From the NCBI GenBank assembly GCA_965246715.1, contig CBDFFH010000047.1:32001-96000 (forward strand): a DNA stretch of 64,000 nt, read 5' to 3'. A program made the translations under genes and the position numbers. The stretch comes from Chamaesiphon sp. GTDB lineage: Bacteria; Cyanobacteriota; Cyanobacteriia; Cyanobacteriales; Chamaesiphonaceae. This document shows, piece after piece, positions 1-10,800 of this stretch. How positions within the stretch are numbered: position 1 is the stretch's first letter; each line of letters opens with the position of its first letter. A model generated the notes under the pieces. It searched no databases. It saw only the letters and a program-made list of their open reading frames with translations, and was not told the DNA's origin.

Positions 1-2
1 GA

Positions 3-575
3 AAATGGGCGGGTATAAATCCGTTAATTATCGCATTATTTAATTTAATGGGTATTTTACCGCTGATTTATGCGGCATTAATCCTCATTGATGGTAAAAA
101 TCAACGAATTCCGGCTGGTTTATTTAGTGCGCTATCTTTTGGCGTTGGCGCGTTTGCAATTTTGCCGTATCTGGCATTACGCGAACCCAACTCCAGCCCG
201 ATTGGCGATTCTCTTGCCGAGAGGCTTCGCCAACGCAGTGGTATGATTAAACTATTAGACTCCCGCTGGTTCGGCATAATTTTATCGATCGGGACGATTG
301 GATTATTAGCTTATGGGATCGGTCGCGGCGATTGGGTAGACTTCGTTCAACAATGGCGCACAAGTCGGTTTATTCATGTAATGAGTCTAGATTTTTGTCT
401 GTTAAGCTTACTATTACCAGTACTAATCGGTGACGATCTTCCGCGACGCAGATTTACCAATCCGCGAGCTATTCAATTATTATCTTTTATCCCTTTATTT
501 GGCGGCTTATTGTATCTGTGTATTCGGCCTAGTTTGACAGACTCTACCGCAAATTCTGCCACCACATTAGTTTAG
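3..575 (+). CDS. Conserved cyanobacterial membrane protein (DUF2834-like), 5'-truncated by the window edge
   Basis: Frame is open from the window start (KWAGINPLIIALFNLMGILP...). Several TM segments; SRFIHVMSLDF motif. Confidence 0.65.
   Translation, partial: KWAGINPLIIALFNLMGILPLIYAALILIDGKNQRIPAGLFSALSFGVGAFAILPYLALREPNSSPIGDSLAERLRQRSGMIKLLDSRWFGIILSIGTIGLLAYGIGRGDWVDFVQQWRTSRFIHVMSLDFCLLSLLLPVLIGDDLPRRRFTNPRAIQLLSFIPLFGGLLYLCIRPSLTDSTANSATTLV
210..233. repeat. 24-nt SDR-like insertion splitting a HIP1 site
   Basis: GCGAT[tctcttgccgagaggcttcgccaa]CGC; removing it restores GCGATCGC and keeps the frame. Confidence 0.75.
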
Positions 576-610
576 TATTTACCGATTATCGATCGCCACA
601 CTCCTGCCCA

Positions 611-1234
611 ATGCTAAAAATTGCCGTTGTAGACTATGACATGGGAAACTTACACTCTGTATGCAAAGGCTTACAAGAGGCGGGCGCGATTCCAGTAATT
701 ACCGATTTGCCGTCGGAATTAGCAACTGCTGATGCCATTGTCCTTCCAGGGGTCGGCGCATTCGACCCCGCTATCAAACAAATCCGCGATCGCGATTTAG
801 CCAGCCCCCTCCAAGATATTATCGCTGCTGGCAAGCCATTTCTCGGCATCTGCTTGGGAATGCAAATTTTATGCGATCGCTCTGAGGAAGGGCGCGAAGC
901 CGGATTAGGAATCATCCCTGGTACGGTGAGGAGATTCCAGCCAGAACCAAATTTAACGATTCCGCAAATGGGTTGGAACCAATTGCTCCTCAACCAACCT
1001 GATTGCCCATTGTGGCAAAACATCTCTCCTGCGGCTTGGGTGTATTTCGTCCATTCTTATTATGTCGAACCAAATTTAGGCTCAGACACAGCCGCAACTG
1101 TCACACACGGCACGCAAACTGTCACAGCCGCGATCGCCAGAGATAATGTCATGGCAGTACAATTTCACCCAGAAAAGTCTGCTAAAACTGGGCTACAGAT
1201 CCTTGCTAATTTTGTGCGATTGGTAGAACACTGA
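611..1234 (+). CDS. hisH: Imidazole glycerol phosphate synthase, glutaminase subunit
   Basis: DYDMGNLHSV, LPGVGAF, GICLGMQ, YFVHSY and QFHPEKS motifs. Confidence 0.97.
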   Translation: MLKIAVVDYDMGNLHSVCKGLQEAGAIPVITDLPSELATADAIVLPGVGAFDPAIKQIRDRDLASPLQDIIAAGKPFLGICLGMQILCDRSEEGREAGLGIIPGTVRRFQPEPNLTIPQMGWNQLLLNQPDCPLWQNISPAAWVYFVHSYYVEPNLGSDTAATVTHGTQTVTAAIARDNVMAVQFHPEKSAKTGLQILANFVRLVEH

Positions 1235-1340
1235 GCCACAATCGGCAAAAAATCTTTGACCTAGCATCGATGTAACTTGCGATCGCATTCTAACTTGGCG
1301 CTGGTGTCCTAGTAAACAGCCAGCGCCAAGCCGATTGCGG

Positions 1341-2729
1341 TCAGTTAGTATCGGATTCTTGTCTGTTCTGAGTGTTAAAAATTTGCGGTTGCGCTGATTC
1401 GATCGATCGAAATAACTTAAGATAATCTCTAGAAATTTTTTCGACCGTATAATTTTTGAGACAATACTGCCGTCCGGATTCACCTAATGTTCTAGTCAAT
1501 TGCGGATTTTGACTCAAGTGCTGGAGGTATGCAGCTAATCCTTCACTATCACCATTTCGTACTGTTGCACCACAATTGGCTTCAGCGAAGATCTCATTTA
1601 GATATGAATGTTCCGAACAAATACTCGCAATCGGGCGACCAGAGGCTAGCGCCGAATACAGCTTACTCGGAGCAACCAACCCTTCCATCCCTTCACTGAT
1701 ACTGACGATCGATACATCGCAAGCCGTGAGTGAGAAGGGTAAATTTTCACGAGCTTGATAGGGTAGAAATAGACAACTATCGATCCCTAATTCGTCAACA
1801 CGTTCCATGAACTGCTTGCGTTTATCGCCACTACCGATAAACACAAAGCGGATCGGCGTATCCCGCAGGAGAATAATTGCATCAAATAGCGTGTCCATAT
1901 CGTGACAGCGCCCCATATTGCCTGAATACAAGACAGTAAATGGTTCGACGAGATCGTGCTCGCACGCAAACCAGTTATCTTGTTTAGCGATGGGGACGAT
2001 CTGATGCGGATCTGCCCAATTAGGAATCGTGGTAATTTTGTCATCGATGCCGGGTTGCTTGGCCAAAATTCGCTCTTTCATCGTATCGCTCAAGACGATA
2101 ATTGCTGCCGCATTTTTCCAAGTCAAGCAATTAAGCCGATCCCACAATTTGGCAATCCAATGTTGTTTTTTAATTACATCTAGTTCGATCGCAATGTCTG
2201 GATATAAGTCATACAACAAGCAGACATAACGAATTCGACAAACTCGACTGAGTAGATAACCGAGTAATGGTAAAAATGGTGGCGCAGTTGTAAGTAATAC
2301 TAACTCTCGGCTCTGAGGGTGTCTGAGCAAATGTACTGCCGTGCGGATAAAGAAAATTGCTCCAGCAACTGCTTTGCCACGAATGCGATCGGGACAAAAC
2401 CGAGCGGCATCAGAGCGGCGAATCGATAGTGTGTCTTGAATTTCGCGGCGGGGTGAGTCATCGCGATCGAAAGCATACGATGGCTGACTGGTGAATACAT
2501 CAACAGATCCAAATTCTTTGAGATGAACGGCCAATTCTTCGATTAATTGACCCGTAGCAGCGTAGTCTGGCGGGAAAAACTGATTAACAATTTTGAGCTT
2601 GAGTTTTCGTGTCGAGAGCCTGGGCTTGCGCGAGAAAGAACGATCCACAAGTGGTTTGTCCAAAAAAGGAGGAGAGGATAATTTATCACTGACTGCCTGA
2701 CGCGATCTTTGCTTAGAATTGAACGCCAT
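1341..2729 (-). CDS. Glycosyltransferase family 4 (WbuB/WcaI-like)
   Basis: NQFFPPDYAATGQL, YSGNMGRCHD, PSKLYSALASGRP. Confidence 0.9.
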   Translation of the reverse strand: MAFNSKQRSRQAVSDKLSSPPFLDKPLVDRSFSRKPRLSTRKLKLKIVNQFFPPDYAATGQLIEELAVHLKEFGSVDVFTSQPSYAFDRDDSPRREIQDTLSIRRSDAARFCPDRIRGKAVAGAIFFIRTAVHLLRHPQSRELVLLTTAPPFLPLLGYLLSRVCRIRYVCLLYDLYPDIAIELDVIKKQHWIAKLWDRLNCLTWKNAAAIIVLSDTMKERILAKQPGIDDKITTIPNWADPHQIVPIAKQDNWFACEHDLVEPFTVLYSGNMGRCHDMDTLFDAIILLRDTPIRFVFIGSGDKRKQFMERVDELGIDSCLFLPYQARENLPFSLTACDVSIVSISEGMEGLVAPSKLYSALASGRPIASICSEHSYLNEIFAEANCGATVRNGDSEGLAAYLQHLSQNPQLTRTLGESGRQYCLKNYTVEKISRDYLKLFRSIESAQPQIFNTQNRQESDTN

Positions 2730-3091
2730 TATATTGTTAATCTTATTGCATATGAGGATAAATCGGAAATACCATCGATTGGCTCACTCACTGGCCAAAC
2801 AGAATTTAAAGCTCAAATGTTACTGAGTCATAATATAGAATACCCATCATGTTTATGCTAGCAACCGAATCTATTGGTGAATTTTGCCATTGCGGTGGCT
2901 GGCTGGCCAGCCACGTCTAGGATATACGCTCCGCCGACTGCCATATCCAGTTCTCTATTCGTGGCAAGTTTTGATTTGGCGTTGAGAACTTGTTCTTTTC
3001 CGAGCCTCTTCCATAGCAACCACAATGCCAGATCCGCATACAATCTATTGATGACGGTCGATATTTTTCTGTAAAATCGGGATAGTTTTAG

Positions 3092-3667
3092 ATGCGATTA
3101 GATAGATATACTGTAGGTGCTTACTCCCCTGGTGCACCGTTATGGAAGCAAATTGCTTGGTATTATCTGGGAGCGCCATTGGTAAGTAGCTATTGGATCG
3201 TTGATTCTGACTTCAAGTGTTGGATCTTGAAGTGCTTTGGTGCAGTTGTGGGTGAGGGCGTGCGAATTAAGCATGGGGTAAGGATTAAGTTTCCATGGCG
3301 GCTGGTGGTAGGGGATTTTGTCTGGCTGGGCGAGAATTGCTGGATTGACAATGTGGCTGTGGTAAATATTGAGAGGCACTCTTGCTTATCTCAAGAAGTT
3401 TATCTTTGCACGGGAAACCATGATTGGTGCGATCCCGATTTCCAGCTCAAAGACATGCCCATTCATATCGAAGCAGGATGTTGGATTGCCGCACGGGCGA
3501 CAGTGGGGCCTGGCGTGACGTTGGGACGAGGTGCGGTGTTATGCTTGGGCAGTGTCACGGGTCGCTCTCTAGCTGCAATGACTATTTATGCGGGAAATCC
3601 AGCACAGCCAATCAAACGGCGACAAATTGCCGCAGGCGAGAGTGAGTTTAATCTGTCCCAATCGTAG
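3092..3667 (+). CDS. wcaF: WcaF-family polysaccharide O-acetyltransferase (hexapeptide repeat)
   Basis: IKFPWRL, WIDN, SQEVYLCTGNHD, YAGNPA. Confidence 0.85.
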   Translation: MRLDRYTVGAYSPGAPLWKQIAWYYLGAPLVSSYWIVDSDFKCWILKCFGAVVGEGVRIKHGVRIKFPWRLVVGDFVWLGENCWIDNVAVVNIERHSCLSQEVYLCTGNHDWCDPDFQLKDMPIHIEAGCWIAARATVGPGVTLGRGAVLCLGSVTGRSLAAMTIYAGNPAQPIKRRQIAAGESEFNLSQS

Positions 3668-3769
3668 CACGGCAATTCTAAAATCTCCAAGATTTAACCC
3701 GATCGAGTGCGACAAATTATGCAATTGTGTCAATCTATACGACAAAATGATAGTACTATCTGCGAATCT

Positions 3770-4630
3770 CTAAAGCAAGCTTAATATATATTTACTGTAA
3801 TTACTGGAAAGTGTGGGGCTAGCTAATTTACGCAGCTGATGTTCGTCAATAAATCCCATGCGATAAGCAACTTCTTCGATGCAAGCAATTTTCAAACCTT
3901 GTCTTTGCTCGATCGTTTCTACAAACATCGCAGCTTGCAATAAACTCTCTGGTGTACCAGTATCTAACCAAGCAAATCCTCGCCCTAATTGTTTTACTTC
4001 TAATTGTCCCTGTGCCAAATAGACCCGATTGATATCGGTAATCTCTAATTCTCCGCGTGGTGATGGCTCGATCTTCTTGGCAATTTCTACTACTTGGCGA
4101 TCGTAGAAATATAAGCCTGTTACTGCATAATTAGACTTTGGCACTAGGGGTTTTTCTTCAATGTCGATCGCCAGGCCATGCTTGTCAAACTCTACTACCC
4201 CATAGCGCTGTGGATCTTTGACGTAATAGCCAAAAATTACGGCTCCAGTATCTAAGGCTGCTGCTGACTGGAGCTGTTTGCTCAATCCGTTGCTGTAGAA
4301 AATATTATCCCCTAAAATTAGGGCGACTCGATCGTTATCGATAAACTTTTCACCGATAATAAAAGCTTCAGCTAAACCATTTGGTATTGGTTGTTCTGCG
4401 TATTCGAGCTTAATGCCTAATTGACTACCGTCACCTAGTAACTTTCTAAATCCTGGTAGATCGTAAGGAGTAGAAATAATCAAAATCTCCTTAATTCCTG
4501 CTAGTAACAGCGTCGATAAAGGATAATAAATCATCGGTTTATCATAAACAGGCAGCATCTGTTTCGATATTACCAATGTCAGCGGGTAAAGCTTCGTGCC
4601 ATAACCACCAGCGAGAATAATTCCTTTCAC
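3770..4630 (-). CDS. rfbA: Glucose-1-phosphate thymidylyltransferase
   Basis: [43 protein letters not shown]. Confidence 0.97.
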   Translation of the reverse strand: MKGIILAGGYGTKLYPLTLVISKQMLPVYDKPMIYYPLSTLLLAGIKEILIISTPYDLPGFRKLLGDGSQLGIKLEYAEQPIPNGLAEAFIIGEKFIDNDRVALILGDNIFYSNGLSKQLQSAAALDTGAVIFGYYVKDPQRYGVVEFDKHGLAIDIEEKPLVPKSNYAVTGLYFYDRQVVEIAKKIEPSPRGELEITDINRVYLAQGQLEVKQLGRGFAWLDTGTPESLLQAAMFVETIEQRQGLKIACIEEVAYRMGFIDEHQLRKLASPTLSSNYSKYILSLL

Positions 4631-4660
4631 GTTAGTTTACTCCTCAACCGCTGAATTTAA

Positions 4661-5725
4661 CTAAATTCTACCTAATCTTTCGAGATTGTATTTATCGGCG
4701 ATGACCTGCTGACACCACACTTGATTGTCAAGGTACCAGCAAACTGTATGGCGGAGTCCAGATTCGAGATCTACTTGTGGTTGCCAACCTAATTCCTGCT
4801 GCAGCTTGGTAGAATCGATCGCATAACGGCGATCGTGTCCGGGGCGATCTGCAACATAAGTAATTAACTGCTGATGGGGATAGTAAGGAGATTGGGGCAA
4901 TAACTCATCTAACAGCTCGCATAATTTAGTTACCAGCCAGATATTGGTACGTTCGCTAGCACCACCGATATTATAAGTTTCGCCTGGCCTGCCCGAAGTT
5001 AATACCAAATCGATCGCGCGACAATGATCTTCGACAAATAACCAATCACGAATATTCTGCCCATCACCATATACTGGGAGCGGTTTGCCTAACACCCCGT
5101 TGAGAATCATCAACGGTACTAATTTTTCCGGAAATTGATACCAACCGTAATTATTAGAACAATTAGTAATTAAAATTGGCAGTCCATAGGTATAGAAATA
5201 CGACCTAACTAAATGATCCCCACTGGCTTTTGATGCTGAGTAAGGGTTATTTGGTGCATAGGAGGTAGTTTCAGTAGCAGGTAAATCTATAAGTGATAAC
5301 GAGCCAAATACTTCATCTGTAGATACTTGTAAAAATCTAAATTTTTCTCGATTTACTCGTCCTAAACCTTGCCAGTATTTGCGAGTTGATTCTAATAAAT
5401 TAAAAGTTCCAATAATATTAGTTTCGATAAAGTTTGCCGGACTATCGATCGATCGATCGACATGAGTTTCGGCAGCAAAATTAATAATTGCTTGCGGTTG
5501 GTAATGGGCTAATAAACGATCGACTAACTGGCGATCTCCGATATCACCACGCACAAACACATGGCGGAGATTTGTCGCTAAGTCGGTCAGTGTAATGACA
5601 TTACCTGCGTAGGTAAGTTTATCTAGATTGATAATCCGGCGTTCGAGCTGATTTTGCTGGAGATAAATGAAGTTAGCACCAATAAATCCCGCCCCACCTG
5701 TGACTAGAATAGTCGAATCGTACAT
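4661..5725 (-). CDS. rfbB: dTDP-glucose 4,6-dehydratase
   Basis: TGGAGFIG, DKLTYAGN, AAETHVDRSI, STDEVFG, DRPGHDRRY. Confidence 0.97.
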   Translation of the reverse strand: MYDSTILVTGGAGFIGANFIYLQQNQLERRIINLDKLTYAGNVITLTDLATNLRHVFVRGDIGDRQLVDRLLAHYQPQAIINFAAETHVDRSIDSPANFIETNIIGTFNLLESTRKYWQGLGRVNREKFRFLQVSTDEVFGSLSLIDLPATETTSYAPNNPYSASKASGDHLVRSYFYTYGLPILITNCSNNYGWYQFPEKLVPLMILNGVLGKPLPVYGDGQNIRDWLFVEDHCRAIDLVLTSGRPGETYNIGGASERTNIWLVTKLCELLDELLPQSPYYPHQQLITYVADRPGHDRRYAIDSTKLQQELGWQPQVDLESGLRHTVCWYLDNQVWCQQVIADKYNLERLGRI

Positions 5726-6302
5726 CTTTCAGTCTACTTCAACGATGGATTATTATCGATCGCTAACCAGCATAGCACTCTAAGTAATTAGAGACTTTAC
5801 AACCATTAATTTTACTTTGATTTTAGATATTCGACTTCGATCAGATGAATCGAAAGTAATAGCTCGGCTAGAGACAGAGATTCTAGACATAAACAGAGGA
5901 TAAAATTAGTTCGGCGAAATTTATAATTAAGTGATGGATCGAGTAAATTCCAAATAAGCTTTGCTGAGGTCTAATAATATTTTTTTTGAAAAATCGTTGA
6001 AAGTGAAAGGAAAGTCTATACATGTCATTAACAATAGACACCCAAAAATTGGTTCGTTAAAAAATTACGAGATTAACATCTTAACCATAATGTAATAGCG
6101 CTCGAACAGCGACAAATTGCAGAAGGATGAACGACATGTTCTATCTTTTGAATCCTAGCATCACAATTCCCAACTTGAAAATCTTTAAGCCGATCGACTT
6201 AAAATTATGTAAAGATGATTGCAATGGCTTCGATCGAATACGCTTAGCTATCTACACATTTTCGAGTCAAGCTCGACTTATTATTTACTTCAGGGATAAG
6301 TT

Positions 6303-7403
6303 TCATTGAGCAAATAATATTTTTCTGCTTAAATTATTTTTTGACAGCAACACAACAACAATCCAACTTATTGTAAAGCTAAGCGTAGTGCAGATAAATA
6401 TCGAAAATATCGGTTGCATCAAAGGTTGGAATTTAGCTACCAAAGGTCTAACAAACTGGACGATTAAATCGTGTACTAAATAAATGCCGAATGTACAAGA
6501 TCCAAGATTAGTAATAAATTTGTTTTCCTCGATCTGAGCTGACATTGAAATAGCTAGCATTAAGAAGCAATAAGCAATAGTCAATTCACTTACAAAAGCT
6601 GGAAATACTACTAGATTACAAGCAGTCAAAATATTAAATACGAAAGCCATTGAAAAATAGACAATAGTAGTTGCGGCATTAAATTTGAGTACTTTTCTAA
6701 TGGCAATTAAATTGTTTAGGATAATGGCAGCAAAAATATAAGGTATACATCTTAATGCCCATGATGTTATTACTGCACTTACCCTAATAAATTGATTTGT
6801 ACTTAAGTTAGAAGATGTTAGATTTAAAATGTTTGCGAAAGCGATATTCGGCCCCAGATAAAAACTATTTCCTGAATCAATAATCGTTTGGTATAGCAGC
6901 GAACTCAAAACGAATAAGCCTAGGACTAACTTCATCTCCAACTTAGACTTCGGAATGAATTTTTGAATTAAAAAAACACTAATTGTTCCCGAAATCAATA
7001 AGGGAATGTAATAAATTTGAGTTGCCGAGCCGCCCAAGAAAATAACAGCAGCGGGATCTGCAAAAAAATCCTTGAGTTTATCTGGACTATGGGCGAGTAA
7101 GTATTTTAATATTCTAAAAATAGAATGAATTAAAGTCCAAGCTAGGTAAGGAATTAACAATACATTAATTCTCGTCACAAACCCATACTGCTTATCACTA
7201 AAAAAAACTCTTTGCGCGATCAGGTAAAAAGATGTAGCCAAGAAAAAAGGTACCGCAAATCCAGCACAAAATGCAGTTATCACCGATGCCAGTAGATCTT
7301 CTGTATGAAACTCTCCACCATTGGAGTGTATCCATACAACTGCATAAGTCGCACATATTTTGATCGAATCTATACCAATAAACCGTTTTTTATTAATCAT
7401 CAA
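6303..7403 (-). CDS. Acyltransferase family 3 (membrane O-acyltransferase)
   Basis: GIDSIK...VVWIH, FAVPFF and TFGIYLVH motifs; polytopic membrane protein. Confidence 0.85.
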   Translation of the reverse strand: MMINKKRFIGIDSIKICATYAVVWIHSNGGEFHTEDLLASVITAFCAGFAVPFFLATSFYLIAQRVFFSDKQYGFVTRINVLLIPYLAWTLIHSIFRILKYLLAHSPDKLKDFFADPAAVIFLGGSATQIYYIPLLISGTISVFLIQKFIPKSKLEMKLVLGLFVLSSLLYQTIIDSGNSFYLGPNIAFANILNLTSSNLSTNQFIRVSAVITSWALRCIPYIFAAIILNNLIAIRKVLKFNAATTIVYFSMAFVFNILTACNLVVFPAFVSELTIAYCFLMLAISMSAQIEENKFITNLGSCTFGIYLVHDLIVQFVRPLVAKFQPLMQPIFSIFICTTLSFTISWIVVVLLSKNNLSRKILFAQ

Positions 7404-7420
7404 AACCTATTTTTTTACCT

Positions 7421-8191
7421 TTATCTCGATCGAAAGTATTCAAGCTCGATAATATGAATAGACAACAGCAATTCAGCTAGTGTACGTTGAAAAGCATAAT
7501 ACCATCCCCGCCAGCCATCGAGAATGCCGCCTTTGAGGATCAGACAATAAACTAAAATTATAAACGGTGCCAAAATTTTACGTTTGCGGAGTCGATCGCC
7601 AAGACTTAACTCTCGATCTACAGTTTCCAAAAGTTTTTTAGCTTCGATAACCATATATCGATCTTGCGCCCATAGCCAACGACTCAGTGGCTTGCGATCG
7701 TCGTGATGGATATAATAATTAAGCTGACTCGATCGACCTTCAAGTTTGAGTAACTGGGTATGACCATCATCGATATAGGTGGCACTAGCTGTTCTAAATA
7801 AAGCTAACCGAGGCGGTAAGATCGTACCTCGCAATGGTTTCCCAAACACACAGTATTTAAACGGAATAAAGTAGCCATTAATATCTGAATCTGTCAGCAA
7901 TTTAAATGTTTCGATCGGTGAATCTGCCAGTACATAATCTGCATCTAATGATAGCACCCATTCTGACTGAATCTGCTCTAAACCATAGTTCCATTGATTA
8001 GTGTGCGTATCAAATTTTCGTTGAAATATTTTGATTTGAGGATACGACTTGAGAATTTCTAACGTACTATCCTCACTATAGCTGTCAATAACAATAACCT
8101 CTTTAGCCCATGTCAACTGTCGGAGAGTTAGATCGATATTAGGATCTTCGTTGTAAGTAAGAATTAATGGCGTAATAGATTCAAGTAGCAT
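7421..8191 (-). CDS. Glycosyltransferase family 2 (LgtF/WaaE-like)
   Basis: ILTYNE, IDSYSEDST, WVLSLDADY, GGILDGWRG. Confidence 0.9.
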   Translation of the reverse strand: MLLESITPLILTYNEDPNIDLTLRQLTWAKEVIVIDSYSEDSTLEILKSYPQIKIFQRKFDTHTNQWNYGLEQIQSEWVLSLDADYVLADSPIETFKLLTDSDINGYFIPFKYCVFGKPLRGTILPPRLALFRTASATYIDDGHTQLLKLEGRSSQLNYYIHHDDRKPLSRWLWAQDRYMVIEAKKLLETVDRELSLGDRLRKRKILAPFIILVYCLILKGGILDGWRGWYYAFQRTLAELLLSIHIIELEYFRSR

Positions 8192-8214
8192 CTCTATAAA
8201 ATAACCTTACTTAT

Positions 8215-9393
8215 CTAAGATGTGAGTAGTTGTTGCTTTATTGTCGATTTATAGGTTTGAATTAAATCGGCAACAATTTTATCCCAAGTGTAATTTTCGA
8301 GAATGAATTGACGAGCATGACTGCCCATTTCTTTTGCGGTTGCTGGATCTTGCAAGCAGCAAATCAAGGCATTAGCTATTGTATCTACGTCAGGATCTAC
8401 AACATAAGCTACCTTCTCAGTTTCAGCTTCTGGAAAATTGCAACCAGTCGTGATCGTGCAGGGCAAGCCAGATGCCATTCCTTCCAGGATCGACATGCTA
8501 AATCCTTCAGAGTATGATGGTGCCACATAAATATCGGCAGCAGCAAGTGCTGCTGATTTAATATTGCCAGTCAGCATTCCGGTGAAAGTAACTCCATCTA
8601 GGCATCCAGCCTCAACAAAATATTCCTTAGCTCTTGGTAAGAAGCCAATATTATCGGGACCAGCAACAATCAGGTGTGCATTGGTAAATTGTTCGCGTAT
8701 TTTAGCAAAAGCCGGGGCAAGTAGATCCAAACCTTTTTTGGGATCTATTCTACCCATAAATAAGATTCTGGTCTTGTCACGAGTTTCAGGGAATCGATCG
8801 AAAAAGATTTCTGGATCTGGAAGTTCTGCAAAATCTTGGCGGTGAATGCCATTTGGGACAACAATTACTGGAGTTTTTAGTCCCAGCGATCGAATATTGT
8901 GTGATTCTGATGAGTTTAAAGCTTGAATCGCGCTAGCATATTTTAGTGCTGAACGCTCGATCGCTGCCATATAAATTTGCTTTTTGAGAGATTTATACGC
9001 CAGTGCCCACGGCTCCAGCATTCCTTGTGGGTTCATGATATAAGGTACATGATGATACTGACATGCCCAGTGTGCGGCAGTTACTGGGTAGGAAAAAACT
9101 GCCATCGTATGTACGAGGTCGTAGTCTAGGACATGGGAAAATAGCCATGTGGTAAAAGATATACTTAATTTAGCATCAGCGACATTCCAACATGAAAAGT
9201 AGCGGATGCGATAATTAGATCGATCGACCCAGCTATCTAACGGTACATCCAGACATTCACTGCCATTGGCATTGGTTGTTACAACATCTACACTAATTCC
9301 TTGATTACCAAGTTCTTGTGCCCACTCCAGTGCAATTTTAGAAGTTCCACCGTATAGAGGTGCAATCGATGCAATCGCAATCAGAATTTTCAT
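8215..9393 (-). CDS. Glycosyltransferase family 4
   Basis: GMLEPW, MGRIDPKKG, PSYSEGFSMSILEGMA. Confidence 0.92.
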   Translation of the reverse strand: MKILIAIASIAPLYGGTSKIALEWAQELGNQGISVDVVTTNANGSECLDVPLDSWVDRSNYRIRYFSCWNVADAKLSISFTTWLFSHVLDYDLVHTMAVFSYPVTAAHWACQYHHVPYIMNPQGMLEPWALAYKSLKKQIYMAAIERSALKYASAIQALNSSESHNIRSLGLKTPVIVVPNGIHRQDFAELPDPEIFFDRFPETRDKTRILFMGRIDPKKGLDLLAPAFAKIREQFTNAHLIVAGPDNIGFLPRAKEYFVEAGCLDGVTFTGMLTGNIKSAALAAADIYVAPSYSEGFSMSILEGMASGLPCTITTGCNFPEAETEKVAYVVDPDVDTIANALICCLQDPATAKEMGSHARQFILENYTWDKIVADLIQTYKSTIKQQLLTS

Positions 9394-9469
9394 GGATTAT
9401 GTGTGCAAAACAATATTTAAAAAGAGGGGGCATTTGTAGCTTCGATCTTACTTTTGAGACACCCTCTAA

Positions 9470-9645
9470 GCTCGACTTTATCCATTTTCGATTGCCTCAG
9501 GGCGAAGCGTTTCGCCATAACGGTTCTAGCTGTTCAGACTTTTTGAATATCACCTGTTTTTCTCGATCTGTGAAAAGTCAGTTCGATTTCGCAAGTCTAG
9601 GAGGCAGTCTCGATCGGGAAAGTTTAAAAATGGATAAAGTCGAGC
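9470..9645. mobile_element. MITE, 176 bp, 19-bp perfect TIRs, TAA target duplication
   Basis: taa|GCTCGACTTTATCCATTTT ... AAAATGGATAAAGTCGAGC|taa. Confidence 0.8.
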
Positions 9646-10772
9646 TAAGTAGTAGCATATTCGATCGCCTGGATCAAGCCCGATGCAAAATAGTCTGGCG
9701 AAAATTTCTGAATATGCGTGAGTGCTGCATGTCCCATTTTTTGGAGATCGACTTCACTAGAACTAATTTTGAGCATGAGGTTGGTGAGTTGTGCTGGGTT
9801 GTGGGGATCGAATCCAAAGCCATTGATGCCATCAAGCACTAGATCTTCAAAACATCCACATCGATCGGAAACTAGCACTGGCAATCCTGCTGCCATTGCC
9901 TCATTGATTACCAGTCCCCACTGCTCTTGAGTGCTAGCATGAACGAAACAACCAGCATGGGCAAAGTATGGTAGCAGTCGATCTTGTTGGAGAAATCCAG
10001 GTAAATGGATGCAATCGGTAAGTTGAAGTGTGCTAATTCGAGCTTGTAGTCGATCGCGCATCTCGCCATCACCACACAACACCAAATCCCAAGCCCCAAT
10101 ACCTGCTTGTTGCCTGTAAGCAGCAAAAGCATCAATGAGGAATGGCAGATTTTTTTTGGTTACAAATCGATTGATTGCTAGAAAAAAAGGACGTTCTAAA
10201 GGACGGGATAATGTACCAATTCGATCGGGATGAAATAGATCGTTCCCGACAACATCATAGCCTATAAAAATTGCCTCATCCGGTAAACCCAATTTTTTGA
10301 TATATCGCTTTTGTGGTTGTCCGCCCACCAAAGCCGATTTGAATCTGGTTATCAACGCACTTTTGATCCGTTCTTTCCACCAAGTACGCAGTTCGTCGCG
10401 TTCGGTAGTTTCTGACAACAGAATAGCTGGCTTGCGATGCTGCAAACACCACCATAGTGCTGCCAACATCGCCGGACGTGCGTACCCAGAAATTGCCACA
10501 GCATCTGGTTTTGTACGATCGAGAGTAGCTAGTATATTTCCTACCAATCGAGTTAGTTTAGTCTTTTCTAGCGTACTATCATCGATAACCGAGATAATTT
10601 CACATGGGAAGTATTTTGATTCCGTTTGCCACGGGTATTCTTCTTCTGCACGAGCTAGTTCGATCCCAAATACTTCCCAATTTCTAGCTTGACAATGCCG
10701 GACAAAGGCATCGATCCTCGCCAAATGATATGGGCCAAAACTAGTACAAATTTTAGTTACCTTGAATGACAT
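9645..10772 (-). CDS. Glycosyltransferase family 4
   Basis: GPYHLAR, RFVTKKN, EQWGLVINEAMAAGLPV. Confidence 0.92.
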   Translation of the reverse strand: MSFKVTKICTSFGPYHLARIDAFVRHCQARNWEVFGIELARAEEEYPWQTESKYFPCEIISVIDDSTLEKTKLTRLVGNILATLDRTKPDAVAISGYARPAMLAALWWCLQHRKPAILLSETTERDELRTWWKERIKSALITRFKSALVGGQPQKRYIKKLGLPDEAIFIGYDVVGNDLFHPDRIGTLSRPLERPFFLAINRFVTKKNLPFLIDAFAAYRQQAGIGAWDLVLCGDGEMRDRLQARISTLQLTDCIHLPGFLQQDRLLPYFAHAGCFVHASTQEQWGLVINEAMAAGLPVLVSDRCGCFEDLVLDGINGFGFDPHNPAQLTNLMLKISSSEVDLQKMGHAALTHIQKFSPDYFASGLIQAIEYATT

Positions 10773-10800
10773 ACAAAATATCTCTTGCTATATAAAATAC

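Noticed and set aside
2858..3074. Two overlapping 61-66 aa ORFs in the divergent spacer
   Set aside because: No motif or clear RBS; cannot be supported as genes.
3770..5725. rfbBA without rfbC/rfbD
   Set aside because: Split rml genes are common; the partners may lie elsewhere in the genome.
5726..6302. Long AT-rich spacer with a 60-aa ORF and a partial gctcgactt match to the MITE TIR
   Set aside because: The match is too short, has no partner repeat, and no convincing structure was seen.
9360..9842. 160-aa plus-strand ORF
   Set aside because: It spans a MITE and is antisense to two GT genes; no recognisable protein.
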